A stretch of DNA of 64,000 nucleotides from Candidatus Poriferisocius sp. (GTDB lineage: Bacteria > Actinomycetota > Acidimicrobiia > Acidimicrobiales > Bin134). Location of the stretch: NCBI RefSeq assembly GCF_965202595.1, contig NZ_OZ241836.1:535095-599094 (forward strand), read 5' to 3'. Below are positions 9,240 through 17,638 of this stretch, in pieces. The notes under the pieces are model-generated. The model had not been told where the DNA came from and did no database searches. It worked only from the letters and a program-made list of their open reading frames with translations. A program made the position numbers and the translations under genes. The stretch's first letter is position 1; every line of letters starts with the position of its first letter.

Positions 9240-9332
9240 GTTGTACTGTTGGACTCGTTGAACCGGCACATGTTGGGAAGCTACGGGGGTACCGAGTTCG
9301 AGACCCCGAACCTGGGGGTGGGTGATGGCTGA
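9084..9332 (+). pseudogene. possible 5' remnant of a sulfatase / alkaline-phosphatase-superfamily gene
   Basis: The plus-frame ORF ends ...KPSNVVVVLLDSLNRHMLGSYGGTEFETPNLGVGDG*. The segment VVVLLDSLNRHMLG.YG....TPNL resembles sulfatase N-termini, but the ORF stops after about 80 aa, where the next gene begins. Confidence 0.3.
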
Positions 9333-9357
9333 GGGTCGGGCCGGGCCCACGGTGCGG

Positions 9358-9795
9358 ATGTCGCCCGAGGAGTGCTGGGAGATGCTCGAGACCTCGGTCA
9401 ACGGCATCCTCACCACGCTCAGGGCCGACGGCCGGCCGGTGGCCCTCCCCGTCTGGTACGTCGTTTTGGATCGGAGGATCTACATGGTGACCCGGGGCAA
9501 GAAGGTGGTGCGGATCCGAAACGACCAGCGCTGCTCGTTGTTGGTGGAGTCGGGGGAGCGGTGGGCCGATCTGCGAGCGGTGCATATGGAGTGCACCGGC
9601 CGGGTGATCGAGCCCTCCGACGAGTTGGCCCAGCGAATCGGTAGGGCCCTCGACGACAAGTACGCCCCGTACCGGACCGCCCAGGACGCGATGCCCGGCC
9701 CAACCAGGGACTACTACCGCAAGAACCTAAATGCCACCATCGAGTTGACCCCGGTCGGCAAAATGCTCAACTGGGACAACCGCAAGCTGTTCTGA
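9358..9795 (+). CDS. pyridoxamine 5'-phosphate oxidase-fold (FMN/F420-binding) family protein
   Basis: About 145 aa with the split-barrel pattern (CWEMLETSVNGILTTLRADGRPVALPVWYVVLDRRIYMVTRGKKVVRIRND). ATG 9358 chosen. Confidence 0.6.
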   Translation: MSPEECWEMLETSVNGILTTLRADGRPVALPVWYVVLDRRIYMVTRGKKVVRIRNDQRCSLLVESGERWADLRAVHMECTGRVIEPSDELAQRIGRALDDKYAPYRTAQDAMPGPTRDYYRKNLNATIELTPVGKMLNWDNRKLF

Positions 9796-9841
9796 AGATA
9801 TTGGTTGCTGTTCTTGGTTGGTCGCCTTTGCAGTTCGCCGC
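9742..9841. repeat. left copy of a 100-bp direct repeat
   Basis: Identical to 10559-10658 except for one base (ggtCggc vs ggtGggc). It covers the last 54 nt of the PNPOx-like gene, including its stop codon (...ELTPVGKMLNWDNRKLF*), plus 46 nt downstream. Confidence 0.95.
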
Positions 9842-10558
9842 AGCAAATCGACGTTCGGGTGCAGGCGTTGGTGGAGTAGTGTTTGCCTATGGCTGATATT
9901 GAGACGCTGGCAAGACCCGTCGCTGTGCGGGCGTGTGATCCGTACCGAATATGGCTCCGCTACTCCGATGGGGTAGAGGGTGAAGTTGACTTATCGAACT
10001 TTGCGGGCCGTGGCGTATTCAAAGCCTGGGACGACCTGTCACTCTTTGCCAGCGTACATATCGGACCTGGGGGAGCCATTTGTTGGGGAGACATCATTGA
10101 TATGTGCCCCGACGCGCTCTACCTGCGGATTACAGGCATCTCGATAGAAGAGTACATGCCGACACTTCGCGGCATCCCAGCGGATGCCTGAACTCTGCCG
10201 CTTCTACGGAATTGTGATCCAGATGTACTACGGAGACCATTCGCCACCTCACTTCCACGCCAGATACGGCAGCTATCGGGCGGTCATAGATATCGATAGT
10301 CTTGCTGTTATCGGGGGTTGCCTTACTCCTAGAGCGACGGGTCTGGTAATTGAGTGGGCTGCGCAGCACCGAAGGGAACTGAGCGCGGCGTGGCGCAGCG
10401 CAGAGCGTAACGAGAACCCAGGCAAGACGCTCCCTTGCCGTAACCGATGGGAGATAGCGGATCTTGCAATATCAGCTTCTCGCGGGTCAGATCAAGATAG
10501 GAGTGAATGTCCCGCTCGTAGGTGTAGCGAAACGCTCGGATCGTGCGGATCACAATTT
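9842..10558. mobile_element. 717-bp inserted cassette bounded by the 100-bp direct repeat
   Basis: Lower GC than the flanks. It carries only the DUF2442/DUF4160 pair. The flanking duplication regenerates the 3' end of the PNPOx-like gene. No recombinase or terminal inverted repeats seen. Confidence 0.45.
9889..10191 (+). CDS. DUF2442 family protein
   Basis: MADIETLARPVAVRACDPYRIWLRYSDGVEGEVDLSNFAGRGVFKAWDDLSLFASVHIGPGGAICWGDIIDMCPDALY matches my recollection of the DUF2442 pattern. The gene overlaps the next gene by 8 nt. Confidence 0.65.
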   Translation: MADIETLARPVAVRACDPYRIWLRYSDGVEGEVDLSNFAGRGVFKAWDDLSLFASVHIGPGGAICWGDIIDMCPDALYLRITGISIEEYMPTLRGIPADA

Positions 10559-10612
10559 GAGTTGACCCCGGTGGGCAAAATGCTCAACTGGGACAACCGC
10601 AAGCTGTTCTGA
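10184..10612 (+). CDS. DUF4160 family protein with an aberrant C-terminal extension
   Basis: FYGIVIQMYYGDHSPPHFHARYGSYRAVIDIDS...LVIEWAAQHRRELSAAWRSAE is the DUF4160 core (about 85 aa). The ORF then continues about 55 codons and reads in frame into the duplicated ELTPVGKMLNWDNRKLF* of the right repeat copy. Confidence 0.6.
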   Translation: MPELCRFYGIVIQMYYGDHSPPHFHARYGSYRAVIDIDSLAVIGGCLTPRATGLVIEWAAQHRRELSAAWRSAERNENPGKTLPCRNRWEIADLAISASRGSDQDRSECPARRCSETLGSCGSQFELTPVGKMLNWDNRKLF

Positions 10613-10658
10613 AGATATTGGTTGCTGTTCTTGGTTGGTCGCCTTTGCAGTTCGCCGC
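10559..10658. repeat. right copy of the 100-bp direct repeat
   Basis: See 9742-9841; 99/100 identical. Confidence 0.95.
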
Positions 10659-10666
10659 GCTGATCC

Positions 10667-11479
10667 CTATTCCCATTTGAATTCGGGGTCGCGCTTTTCC
10701 CGGAAGGCCCGGCGGGCTTCGCGGGAATCCTCGAAGCGCAACAGGCGGGCGGTGTAGTCCTGTTCGGTGCGGTAGGCCTCACGCAGGGGTAGATGCTCGG
10801 TGCGGTTCATGGACTCCTTGGCCAGGCGGAGGGCGATCGGGCTCTTCGACGCCAGCAGGCGGGCCAGCTCCAGGGCGGCCTCCCGGAGAGCTTCAGGGGC
10901 AGTAACCGTGCGGACCGCACCGATCCGGTGCATCTCAGTGGCCGAAACCGGCTCGCCGGTGAAGAACATCTCCCGGGCCTTGTGGCGGCCCATCATCAAC
11001 GAGAGGTGGGCGCTGGCCCCGAGCAGGCCGACATTTATCTCGGGGGTGCCGAACGCGGCGTTCTCGGAGGCCACCAGCATGTCGCAGCACGCGGCCAGGG
11101 CCAGGCCCGCGCCGAGGGCGGGTCCGTTTATGGCCCCGATTACCGGAACCGCGCAGTCGATGATGGCCCACATGGCCTCCCGGGCCAGGTGCCCGGGGTC
11201 GGTCAGCTCCTGGGGATGGCGCTCGGATCGTGGCCGGTTAACGGCCGGGCTCAGATCGGCCCCGGCGCAGAATGCCTTGCGCCCCGCTCCGGTAAAGATG
11301 GCGGCCCTCACCTCCCGGTCGTCGCCCAGGCTCGAGAACAGTTCGCGGATCTGGACGAAGGTATCGTTGTTCACGGCGTTCACCGGAGGCCGATCGAGGG
11401 TGACGATGACAATATGCTCAAACTGTTCAACCTGGATATCGGGCACTGCTTGCTCCCTAACTGCCGGCTGCCGGGCCAC
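10667..11479 (-). CDS. enoyl-CoA hydratase/isomerase (crotonase) family protein
   Basis: AAIFTGAGRKAFCAGADL oxyanion-hole motif, about 270 aa, typical crotonase length. Confidence 0.85.
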   Translation of the reverse strand: MARQPAVREQAVPDIQVEQFEHIVIVTLDRPPVNAVNNDTFVQIRELFSSLGDDREVRAAIFTGAGRKAFCAGADLSPAVNRPRSERHPQELTDPGHLAREAMWAIIDCAVPVIGAINGPALGAGLALAACCDMLVASENAAFGTPEINVGLLGASAHLSLMMGRHKAREMFFTGEPVSATEMHRIGAVRTVTAPEALREAALELARLLASKSPIALRLAKESMNRTEHLPLREAYRTEQDYTARLLRFEDSREARRAFREKRDPEFKWE

Positions 11480-11568
11480 CCCTCACGGTATCGGGTCGGC
11501 CCATCCCTTGAGGACAGCACGCCCTATTTGATGTAGCCTTGCGGTCCGGCGGGTTAGAGGAGGGACTG

Positions 11569-12444
11569 ATGGTGCCCAGGACGTTGAGCGTGACCTTCGA
11601 GGGCCCAGGCACGCATAGTGGTGTACCGCTGGAGGATTTTCAGAAGACCCTTCGCCATGTGCAGGCCGCGGTACGGCTCACGGTCGAGCACCTGTCGGAC
11701 CTGGATGTTCCGCAGCGAGGTCGTCCCTCGAAGTCCGTTCGCGAAGGGAGCGAATTGCATCTGTGCGGGATCACACTAGGGTCGCTGGTTGTCGAGTTGG
11801 AGCTCCCGCCTCCCAAGCAGGAACGACTGTGGGACGACAATGTCGGACCGCAGGCATTGGCAGCAATCTTGAGCCTTGACAGTGACGGGAACGGTGCCGG
11901 ATCTGTTCCCCCATCTGCCGTTGACCAACTGCGCGCAATCTGTACTGATCTGTCATCGGAAGTAGATTCAGTATGGCTAGGTGATGCCAGCGAGAATCGA
12001 AGACTGCAATTCAAGCGGGAGACTTCTGTGAAGCAAATGTCGAATTCACCTGAAGTAGCCTTATTGTATGGTTGGCTGAAAGAGGTGAACTGGGAAAAGA
12101 ACACGGCTCGACTATATGATATGGCTGGCGAATATGTTAATTTGAGATTTGACCCTTCGCTGGATGTCCTGATGCAGAAACTTGCAACTCAGTATGTAGA
12201 GGTATCAGGAACTGGACGATTCAACGATAGTGGAGAGTGGATCACTGTTTCGGTCGACCGGATCGATCACACGAGGTCCTCGGATCAACCGTTTGATATT
12301 GAGTCTGCTCTTGAGCAGGCACGAGACAAGGTGTTCAATCCCGAAGCGGTCATAACAACAAGTGAACCATTTGATGTGGATGACTTCATCGATATCATTC
12401 ACCGAGCCCGTGATGTGGATGATGAGCTACCACAAGCCATGTAG
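11569..12444 (+). CDS. hypothetical protein, candidate large partner/antitoxin of the adjacent PIN toxin
   Basis: 291 aa from ATG 11569, preceded by gaggaggga. Reduced GC. Acidic C-terminus (EPFDVDDFIDIIHRARDVDDELPQAM) ends 9 nt before the PIN gene. No domain recognised. Confidence 0.5.
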   Translation: MVPRTLSVTFEGPGTHSGVPLEDFQKTLRHVQAAVRLTVEHLSDLDVPQRGRPSKSVREGSELHLCGITLGSLVVELELPPPKQERLWDDNVGPQALAAILSLDSDGNGAGSVPPSAVDQLRAICTDLSSEVDSVWLGDASENRRLQFKRETSVKQMSNSPEVALLYGWLKEVNWEKNTARLYDMAGEYVNLRFDPSLDVLMQKLATQYVEVSGTGRFNDSGEWITVSVDRIDHTRSSDQPFDIESALEQARDKVFNPEAVITTSEPFDVDDFIDIIHRARDVDDELPQAM

Positions 12445-12453
12445 GCTTCGATA

Positions 12454-12852
12454 ATGGGTAATATTGTACTTGATACTAGCGTAGTATCCTTCATTTTCAA
12501 GAACGATAGCCGGGCTGGATGGTACATGGCTGAAATTACAGGGATGAGCCCGTGTATCTCCTTTCAGACGTGGGAAGAACTATTATATGGGGCAAAGATC
12601 GGGAAGTGGGGTGCACAGAGAATGAATGATCTAGCCCGTAATCTTGGACAGTACTCCGTGATATGGCCTAACGAAGAGCTAGTCATGCGTTGTGCAGAGT
12701 TGAGGGGTATACAAAAATTAGCGGGGCGCAAGTTGGCGTGTGCTGATGCCTGGATAGCTGCCACGGCTCTGATGCTCAAATGCCCCTTGGCATCTCATGA
12801 TCGGGACTTCAACAATATTCCTGATCTAAAACTCATCAGGTCTCAACAATAG
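12454..12852 (+). CDS. PIN-domain ribonuclease, VapC-like toxin
   Basis: IVLDTSVVSFIF (first acidic residue), WEELLYG, CADAWIAATALML and LASHDRDF match the PIN acidic quartet spacing. 132 aa. Confidence 0.75.
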   Translation: MGNIVLDTSVVSFIFKNDSRAGWYMAEITGMSPCISFQTWEELLYGAKIGKWGAQRMNDLARNLGQYSVIWPNEELVMRCAELRGIQKLAGRKLACADAWIAATALMLKCPLASHDRDFNNIPDLKLIRSQQ

Positions 12853-13147
12853 AAAGGGACCTGTGGGTTCCAGGTCCTTTTATCATTGGTATGTCGACTG
12901 TGTTCAGCACCCGCACCCTCACCGGCCCGAGCACGCTGAGCTTGCTGTCGGGCAGCAGGTCCATCTCGTTATAGACATTGTTGGAATGGGAGGGGTCCAC
13001 CACGGCCAGCTCGCGGCGTACCTCTGCCAGTACTCGATCATTGTCGGCGTTGCCTTCCGTCAACCAGATCAGCGTTTCGGCCGCCTCCACTGTTGCAGAG
13101 GCCAGGTGCCCGGCTGGTGTTCGGCCCCTCAGGAGCCTGCGCAGCAC
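12836..13147 (-). CDS. hypothetical protein (weak call)
   Basis: 103-aa ORF divergent from the acyl-CoA dehydrogenase. It overlaps the PIN gene 3' end by 17 nt. No motif recognised. Confidence 0.2.
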   Translation of the reverse strand: MLRRLLRGRTPAGHLASATVEAAETLIWLTEGNADNDRVLAEVRRELAVVDPSHSNNVYNEMDLLPDSKLSVLGPVRVRVLNTVDIPMIKGPGTHRSLSIVET

Positions 13148-13181
13148 CCGCAGTGTCGCTCCTGGACACTAGGGTCGGGGA

Positions 13182-14477
13182 ATGGCCTGGGATTTTTCCA
13201 CCGACCCCGAGTTTCAGGACCACCTGGATTGGCTCACCGAGCTGATGCGTACCGAGGTGGAGCCGCTCGACCACTACTTTCGGGGGCGGTCGCCGTTCGA
13301 CAAGACCGACGAGGAGGTGCAGACCCATCTGCGCCGTGTCCAGCAGAAGGTGAAGGATCGGGGGCTTTGGGCCTGCCACCTGAAGCCCGAGATGGGGGGC
13401 ATGGGGTTCGGCCAGGTGAAGCTGGCGCTTATGAACGAAATCCTGGGCCGGTCCTCGTTCGGTCCATCGGTGTTCGGCAACCAGGCCCCCGACTCGGGCA
13501 ACGCCGAGATTTTGGCCCACTACGGCAACGACGAGCAGAAGGAGCAGTACCTGAGGCCACTGCTGGCCGGGGAGATCTCCTCGTGCTACTCGATGACCGA
13601 GCCCCAGGGCGGGTCCGATCCCAACCACTTCACCTGCACTGCCCACCGCGACGGCGATGAGTGGGTGATCAACGGCGAGAAGTGGTTCGCATCCAACTAC
13701 CCGAGGGCAGAGTTCCTTATCGTGATGGTCATCACCAACCCCGATGTATCGGTGTACCGGGGGTCGTCCATGATGCTGGTGCCCCACGATGCCCCCGGTC
13801 TGGAGCTGGTCCGCAATGTGGGGGTGGGGGGCGAGCGGCGCGGCAGCCACAGCTACCTGCGGTTCAACGAGTGTCGCATCCCGGCCGAGAACCTCATGGG
13901 TCCCGAGGGGGCCGGGTTCAAGATCGCCCAGACCCGCCTCGGCGGGGGCAGGGTGCACCACGCCATGCGCTCGGTGGGGACGGCCCGCAAGGCGTTCGAC
14001 ATGATGTGCGAGCGAGCCCTCAGCCGGGAGACGAAGGGCACGCTTCTGGCCGAGAAGCAGGCGGTGCAGCACATGATCGCCGACTCCTGGATCCAGATCG
14101 AGCAGTTCCGCCTCCAGGTGCTGCACGCCGCGTGGCAGATAGATCAGGCCGACACCTCCAAGGCCCGCCTCTACATTGCGGGGGTGAAGGTGGCCACGCC
14201 CCGGGTGCTGATGGACGTGATCTTCAGGTCGATGCAGATCCACGGTTCGCTGGGTATGTCCAACGAGACACCGCTGGCCAACATGTGGATGATGGCCCCG
14301 ACCTTCGGGGTGGCCGACGGCCCCACCGAAGTTCACAAGGACACCATTGCCAAGCAAGTGCTGAAGGGCTACCGCCCCTCCGAGGGCCTGTTCCCCACCG
14401 AGCACCTGCCCGCCAAGATCGAATGGGCCCAAGCCGTCATGGCCGAGCGCATCGAGCTGGAGTTGATGAACTCCTAG
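13182..14477 (+). CDS. acyl-CoA dehydrogenase
   Basis: 431 aa with YSMTEPQGGSDPN and ACAD middle and C-terminal domains (...RVHHAMRSVGTARKAFDMMCERA...). Confidence 0.85.
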   Translation: MAWDFSTDPEFQDHLDWLTELMRTEVEPLDHYFRGRSPFDKTDEEVQTHLRRVQQKVKDRGLWACHLKPEMGGMGFGQVKLALMNEILGRSSFGPSVFGNQAPDSGNAEILAHYGNDEQKEQYLRPLLAGEISSCYSMTEPQGGSDPNHFTCTAHRDGDEWVINGEKWFASNYPRAEFLIVMVITNPDVSVYRGSSMMLVPHDAPGLELVRNVGVGGERRGSHSYLRFNECRIPAENLMGPEGAGFKIAQTRLGGGRVHHAMRSVGTARKAFDMMCERALSRETKGTLLAEKQAVQHMIADSWIQIEQFRLQVLHAAWQIDQADTSKARLYIAGVKVATPRVLMDVIFRSMQIHGSLGMSNETPLANMWMMAPTFGVADGPTEVHKDTIAKQVLKGYRPSEGLFPTEHLPAKIEWAQAVMAERIELELMNS

Positions 14478-14498
14478 GTCCGGAGCCGGGCTCGAAGG

Positions 14499-14528
14499 CC
14501 TATCTTTGCCTATCTTTGCCTATCTTTG
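14499..14528. repeat. 10-bp tandem repeat x3 (cctatctttg)
   Basis: Copies at 14499-14508, 14509-14518 and 14519-14528, in the intergenic region upstream of the ABC ATPase. Confidence 0.9.
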
Positions 14529-14553
14529 TTGTGCCGAACCACCGGAGGCCTAT

Positions 14554-15390
14554 GTGAGAGCAGACGAGCCAGCCTCAACGAACGCAAAGATCTCTTCCGT
14601 TGGCCTTGAGCGCGTTTTCGGTGCCGAAACCGCAAACCCCGTGCACGCGCTCGGACCTCTCGACCTGGAGGTGGGCGACGGCGAGTTCCTCTGCATCGTC
14701 GGCCCTTCGGGGTGTGGCAAATCTACCTTTCTTCGGATAGTTGCCGGGCTGGTCAGGCCCACGAGCGGGCGTGTGGAGGTACGCAGCTCGGGACAGTTCT
14801 CGATCCCTTATGCCGTGGTCTTCCAGGATTATTCGATTTACCCCTGGAAGACGGTGGAGCGAAATGTGAGCTTCGGGCTCGAGGTTCAAGGGTTCAGCAA
14901 GAAGGTATCCCTGGAGAAATCCAGGCGATGGCTGGAAATGATGGGCCTATCCGACTTTGCCCGCGCCTATCCCGCCACGCTTTCGGGGGGTATGCGCCAG
15001 CGTGTCGCCATTGCTCGGGCACTGGCCGGCGAGCCCGAGGTCTTGCTCATGGACGAGCCGTTCGCCGCCCTCGACGCTCAGCTTCGCCAGTTGATGCAGG
15101 ACGAATTGCTGGCGATCTGGCAAGCCGACCGGCGGACTGTGCTGTTCATCACCCACTCCCTCGAAGAGGCGATAATGCTGGGTGACCGGGTGGTGGTGAT
15201 GACCTCCCGCCCCGGACGTGTGCTGGTTTCGATTCAGGTCCCCTTCGAGCGTCCCCGCAAGCCCGAGCTGCGCGATTCCGCGGAGTTTGCCCGCTTTCGG
15301 GCCATGTTGTGGGATTACCTCAAGGGGGAGGTGGAGCACTACCTCTCCGATGTTCACGACGAGATGGCCGATTCGAGGGAAGGCCGATGA
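14554..15390 (+). CDS. ABC transporter ATP-binding protein, NitT/TauT (nitrate/sulfonate/taurine) family
   Basis: Walker A GPSGCGKST, LSGGMRQRVAIARAL, Walker B LLMDEPFAALD. In-frame GTG 14554 is preceded by ggagg (14544-14548). Confidence 0.85.
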   Translation: MRADEPASTNAKISSVGLERVFGAETANPVHALGPLDLEVGDGEFLCIVGPSGCGKSTFLRIVAGLVRPTSGRVEVRSSGQFSIPYAVVFQDYSIYPWKTVERNVSFGLEVQGFSKKVSLEKSRRWLEMMGLSDFARAYPATLSGGMRQRVAIARALAGEPEVLLMDEPFAALDAQLRQLMQDELLAIWQADRRTVLFITHSLEEAIMLGDRVVVMTSRPGRVLVSIQVPFERPRKPELRDSAEFARFRAMLWDYLKGEVEHYLSDVHDEMADSREGR

Positions 15391-16298
15391 GCACGGCTGG
15401 ATCTTCAACGGCTGGGCCCTCAATGGCAGGATCTTCACTACCGTCCAACTCGGGGCAGAACGCCGAGCGAATTGTTCGCGAGCCGGGACCGGCGGAGCGG
15501 ATGCCTCGAAGGGCCAGCCGCCGCCGCCGAAGCATCGAACTCACGCTTGCCGTGGCGTTTCCGGCAGTACTGATAGGTCTCTGGCAGGTGGCATCCGGCC
15601 TGGATTGGATCGACGGGCGGCTCTACCCGTCGCCCACCGAGATCATTGCCAAAACCCGCACTCTCTTCGCCGACCGTGATCTTGCCTCGGATGCATGGAT
15701 CAGCGTTCGGCGAATCCTCTGGGGTTACTTGTGGGGAGTGCTGGGGGGCTTGTCCTTCGGGATCGGCATGGGAATGTTCCGCCTCATGCGAAAGACCGGG
15801 GAGCCCACGCTCATTGCCCTGTATACCGTACCGAAGCTCGCGCTCCTACCCATCTACTTGACGATCTTCGGCTTCGGCGAGACCACGATCATCGCGCTGA
15901 TTGCCACCACCGTGTTCTTCTTCGTGTGGCTTTCTGCGATGGCCGCGGTCATGGCCGTGCCCGAAACCTACCGGGAAGCGGCATCCAGCTTCGGGGCGGG
16001 TCGGTGGTTGCTGTTTCGTCACGTCATGCTGCCGGCAGCCCTGCCCTCGATCTTCGTTGGCCTTCGCCTGTCGGCCGGGGTTGCGGTTTTGATGATCGTC
16101 GGGGTGGAGTTCGTGATCGGGGGCGAAGGTTTGGGTTACGTGATCAACCAGGGGCGGCTCCTTGGCCTGATCGAACAGACATATGTGGGAATTGTGATCG
16201 TGGCCGTCATTGGTGTTGTCTTTTCTGCTCTGGTACGGTTCGCCGGAAAACTCGCCTGCCCGTGGTCGAACGACGATCAAGGCCAGCCAATAGCATGA
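15387..16298 (+). CDS. ABC transporter permease, NitT/TauT family
   Basis: ATG 15387 overlaps the ATPase stop (ATGA). About 6 TM helices and a BPD-type transport region (ASSFGAGRWLLFRHVMLPAALPSIFVGLRLS). Confidence 0.8.
   Translation: MSTAGSSTAGPSMAGSSLPSNSGQNAERIVREPGPAERMPRRASRRRRSIELTLAVAFPAVLIGLWQVASGLDWIDGRLYPSPTEIIAKTRTLFADRDLASDAWISVRRILWGYLWGVLGGLSFGIGMGMFRLMRKTGEPTLIALYTVPKLALLPIYLTIFGFGETTIIALIATTVFFFVWLSAMAAVMAVPETYREAASSFGAGRWLLFRHVMLPAALPSIFVGLRLSAGVAVLMIVGVEFVIGGEGLGYVINQGRLLGLIEQTYVGIVIVAVIGVVFSALVRFAGKLACPWSNDDQGQPIA
15393..15437 (+). repeat. 15-bp in-frame tandem repeat x3 at the permease 5' end
   Basis: acggctggatcttca / acggctgggccctca / atggcaggatcttca immediately after the ATGA junction, encoding TAGSS-TAGPS-MAGSS. 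Confidence 0.8.
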
Positions 16299-16384
16299 GC
16301 AAGACCGGTTTCATGGTGTTTCGCCACGGGTTGGGAGGCTCGACACGAACCAAGGCATTTAATTTGCCAAAAGGAAGGATGGAA

Positions 16385-17638
16385 ATGAAACGAGGCAAAG
16401 GGATATGGCCCGCGCTGCTCACCATTTTTGTGGTGTTCGCCCTTGCGGCCACCTCGTGCGGAAACGACGACTCGGGGAACGAGGGCGATGATGCCGCCCC
16501 CGCACCGGCAACCGAACAACCGGCAACCGAACAACCCGCAACCGAGGAGCCGGCCCCCGAGGAACCGGCTGAAGAGGATCCGTTCGCCGGCTGTGGTGAG
16601 GGGGCCGAGGTTGACCCCTCCATCCTGGCCGTCGGCCGGCCGGTGGCTCGGTGCGAACCCGGGTATCCCAAGGCGATCCCGCTGGCGGAGCGTCAAACCA
16701 TCAACTTCTCCTCGTCCTTCAAGCTGGAGTTCATAGCCCCCATTCTGCTGGCCGACTCCCTGGGTGAGTTCGAGAAGGAGAACCTTGATTTCAACTTCAT
16801 CAACCTCGGGCTCTCCGATGCTTTGCCCCAGATCGGTACCGGCCAGATCGATCTGGGGGTGGGTGGCATCGAAGCGGCGGTGTTCAACGCCATCGACAAC
16901 GATTTCGACGTGCGGTGGGTGAGTGCCAACTTCTTCCCCCCGAACGCCGGTGACAACAGTGTTCCCCAGACGGGGGTATGGGCCCGCGCCGACGTTTTCT
17001 CCGACCCGTCCAATCCCGACATTGCCGAGTTGGAGGGCACCAAGATGGCTTCCGCCGTCGGGCTCAGCTCGGTCATCGCTTATCCCATTGCCGAGGCGCT
17101 GAAGCCCGCCGGGTTGGTGTTCGGAGTGGATGTGGAGGCCGAGCAGATTCCCTCCACCGACATGATCCTGGCCATGGAGAACAACGCCGTTCAGTCGGCA
17201 TGGATCCTGGATCCGCTGTGGGGGGCACTGGTGGATCGTCCCGATGAATTCGTGTTCGTCACCGGGCAGCCTCCGGGTGAACCCATCGGCGGTCTTTTCG
17301 GCGGCCCATCGTGCCGTGAGACCAAGCGGGATGCCTGCGTGGCGTTCCACAGAGCGATCATCAGGACAATAAACACCTACCTCACCGGTGACTACCACCA
17401 GAACGACGAGATCGTTGAAGCCATCGCCGAGGCCATTGATCGGGAGCCGGACGCGGTTCGGGCCACACCGTCTCTGCTGTTCGACTGGGAGATCCGCGAG
17501 GGCACAGCGACCCGGGCCCAGGAGGCATTCATCAGCTTCGCGGAAGCGGGTGTGACCGTCGTCGAGTACGACGAGCCCTATCCCGAGGACCAAGTGGTGG
17601 ATCGTTCGATCTACCTGGAGGCCATCGGGCGGCAGTAG
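16385..17638 (+). CDS. ABC transporter substrate-binding lipoprotein
   Basis: MKRGKGIWPALLTIFVVFALAATSCG gives a signal peptide plus lipobox. A PATEQPATEQPATEEPAPEEPAEE linker follows, then a periplasmic-binding-type body. SD aaggaagg lies upstream. The long track ORF 15695.. overlaps the permease and is not used. Confidence 0.7.
   Translation: MKRGKGIWPALLTIFVVFALAATSCGNDDSGNEGDDAAPAPATEQPATEQPATEEPAPEEPAEEDPFAGCGEGAEVDPSILAVGRPVARCEPGYPKAIPLAERQTINFSSSFKLEFIAPILLADSLGEFEKENLDFNFINLGLSDALPQIGTGQIDLGVGGIEAAVFNAIDNDFDVRWVSANFFPPNAGDNSVPQTGVWARADVFSDPSNPDIAELEGTKMASAVGLSSVIAYPIAEALKPAGLVFGVDVEAEQIPSTDMILAMENNAVQSAWILDPLWGALVDRPDEFVFVTGQPPGEPIGGLFGGPSCRETKRDACVAFHRAIIRTINTYLTGDYHQNDEIVEAIAEAIDREPDAVRATPSLLFDWEIREGTATRAQEAFISFAEAGVTVVEYDEPYPEDQVVDRSIYLEAIGRQ

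Noticed and set aside
9033-9416. N-terminal extension of the MFS-LivF ORF through the 36-bp array.
   Set aside because: It would overlap the divergent PNPOx-like gene. It consists of repeat-derived VGWFAVGWLAHN units. An internal ATG at 9032 gives a plausible start.
10329-10553. Minus-strand 74-aa ORF (VIRTIRAFRYTYERDIHSYLDLTREKL..) inside the cassette, possibly a ParE/RelE-like fragment.
   Set aside because: It mostly overlaps the DUF4160 gene. The resemblance rests on a few residues only.
9742-10658. Classifying the repeat-flanked cassette as an insertion sequence or MITE.
   Set aside because: There is no transposase and no terminal inverted repeats. A 100-bp duplication is not a transposase-type target-site duplication. 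I kept it as an unexplained insertion.
15695-16384. N-terminal 230 codons of the 647-aa ORF 15695..17638.
   Set aside because: This part overlaps the permease gene in another frame and is Arg/Gly-rich junk. A signal peptide with a lipobox and an SD appear at 16371-16385.
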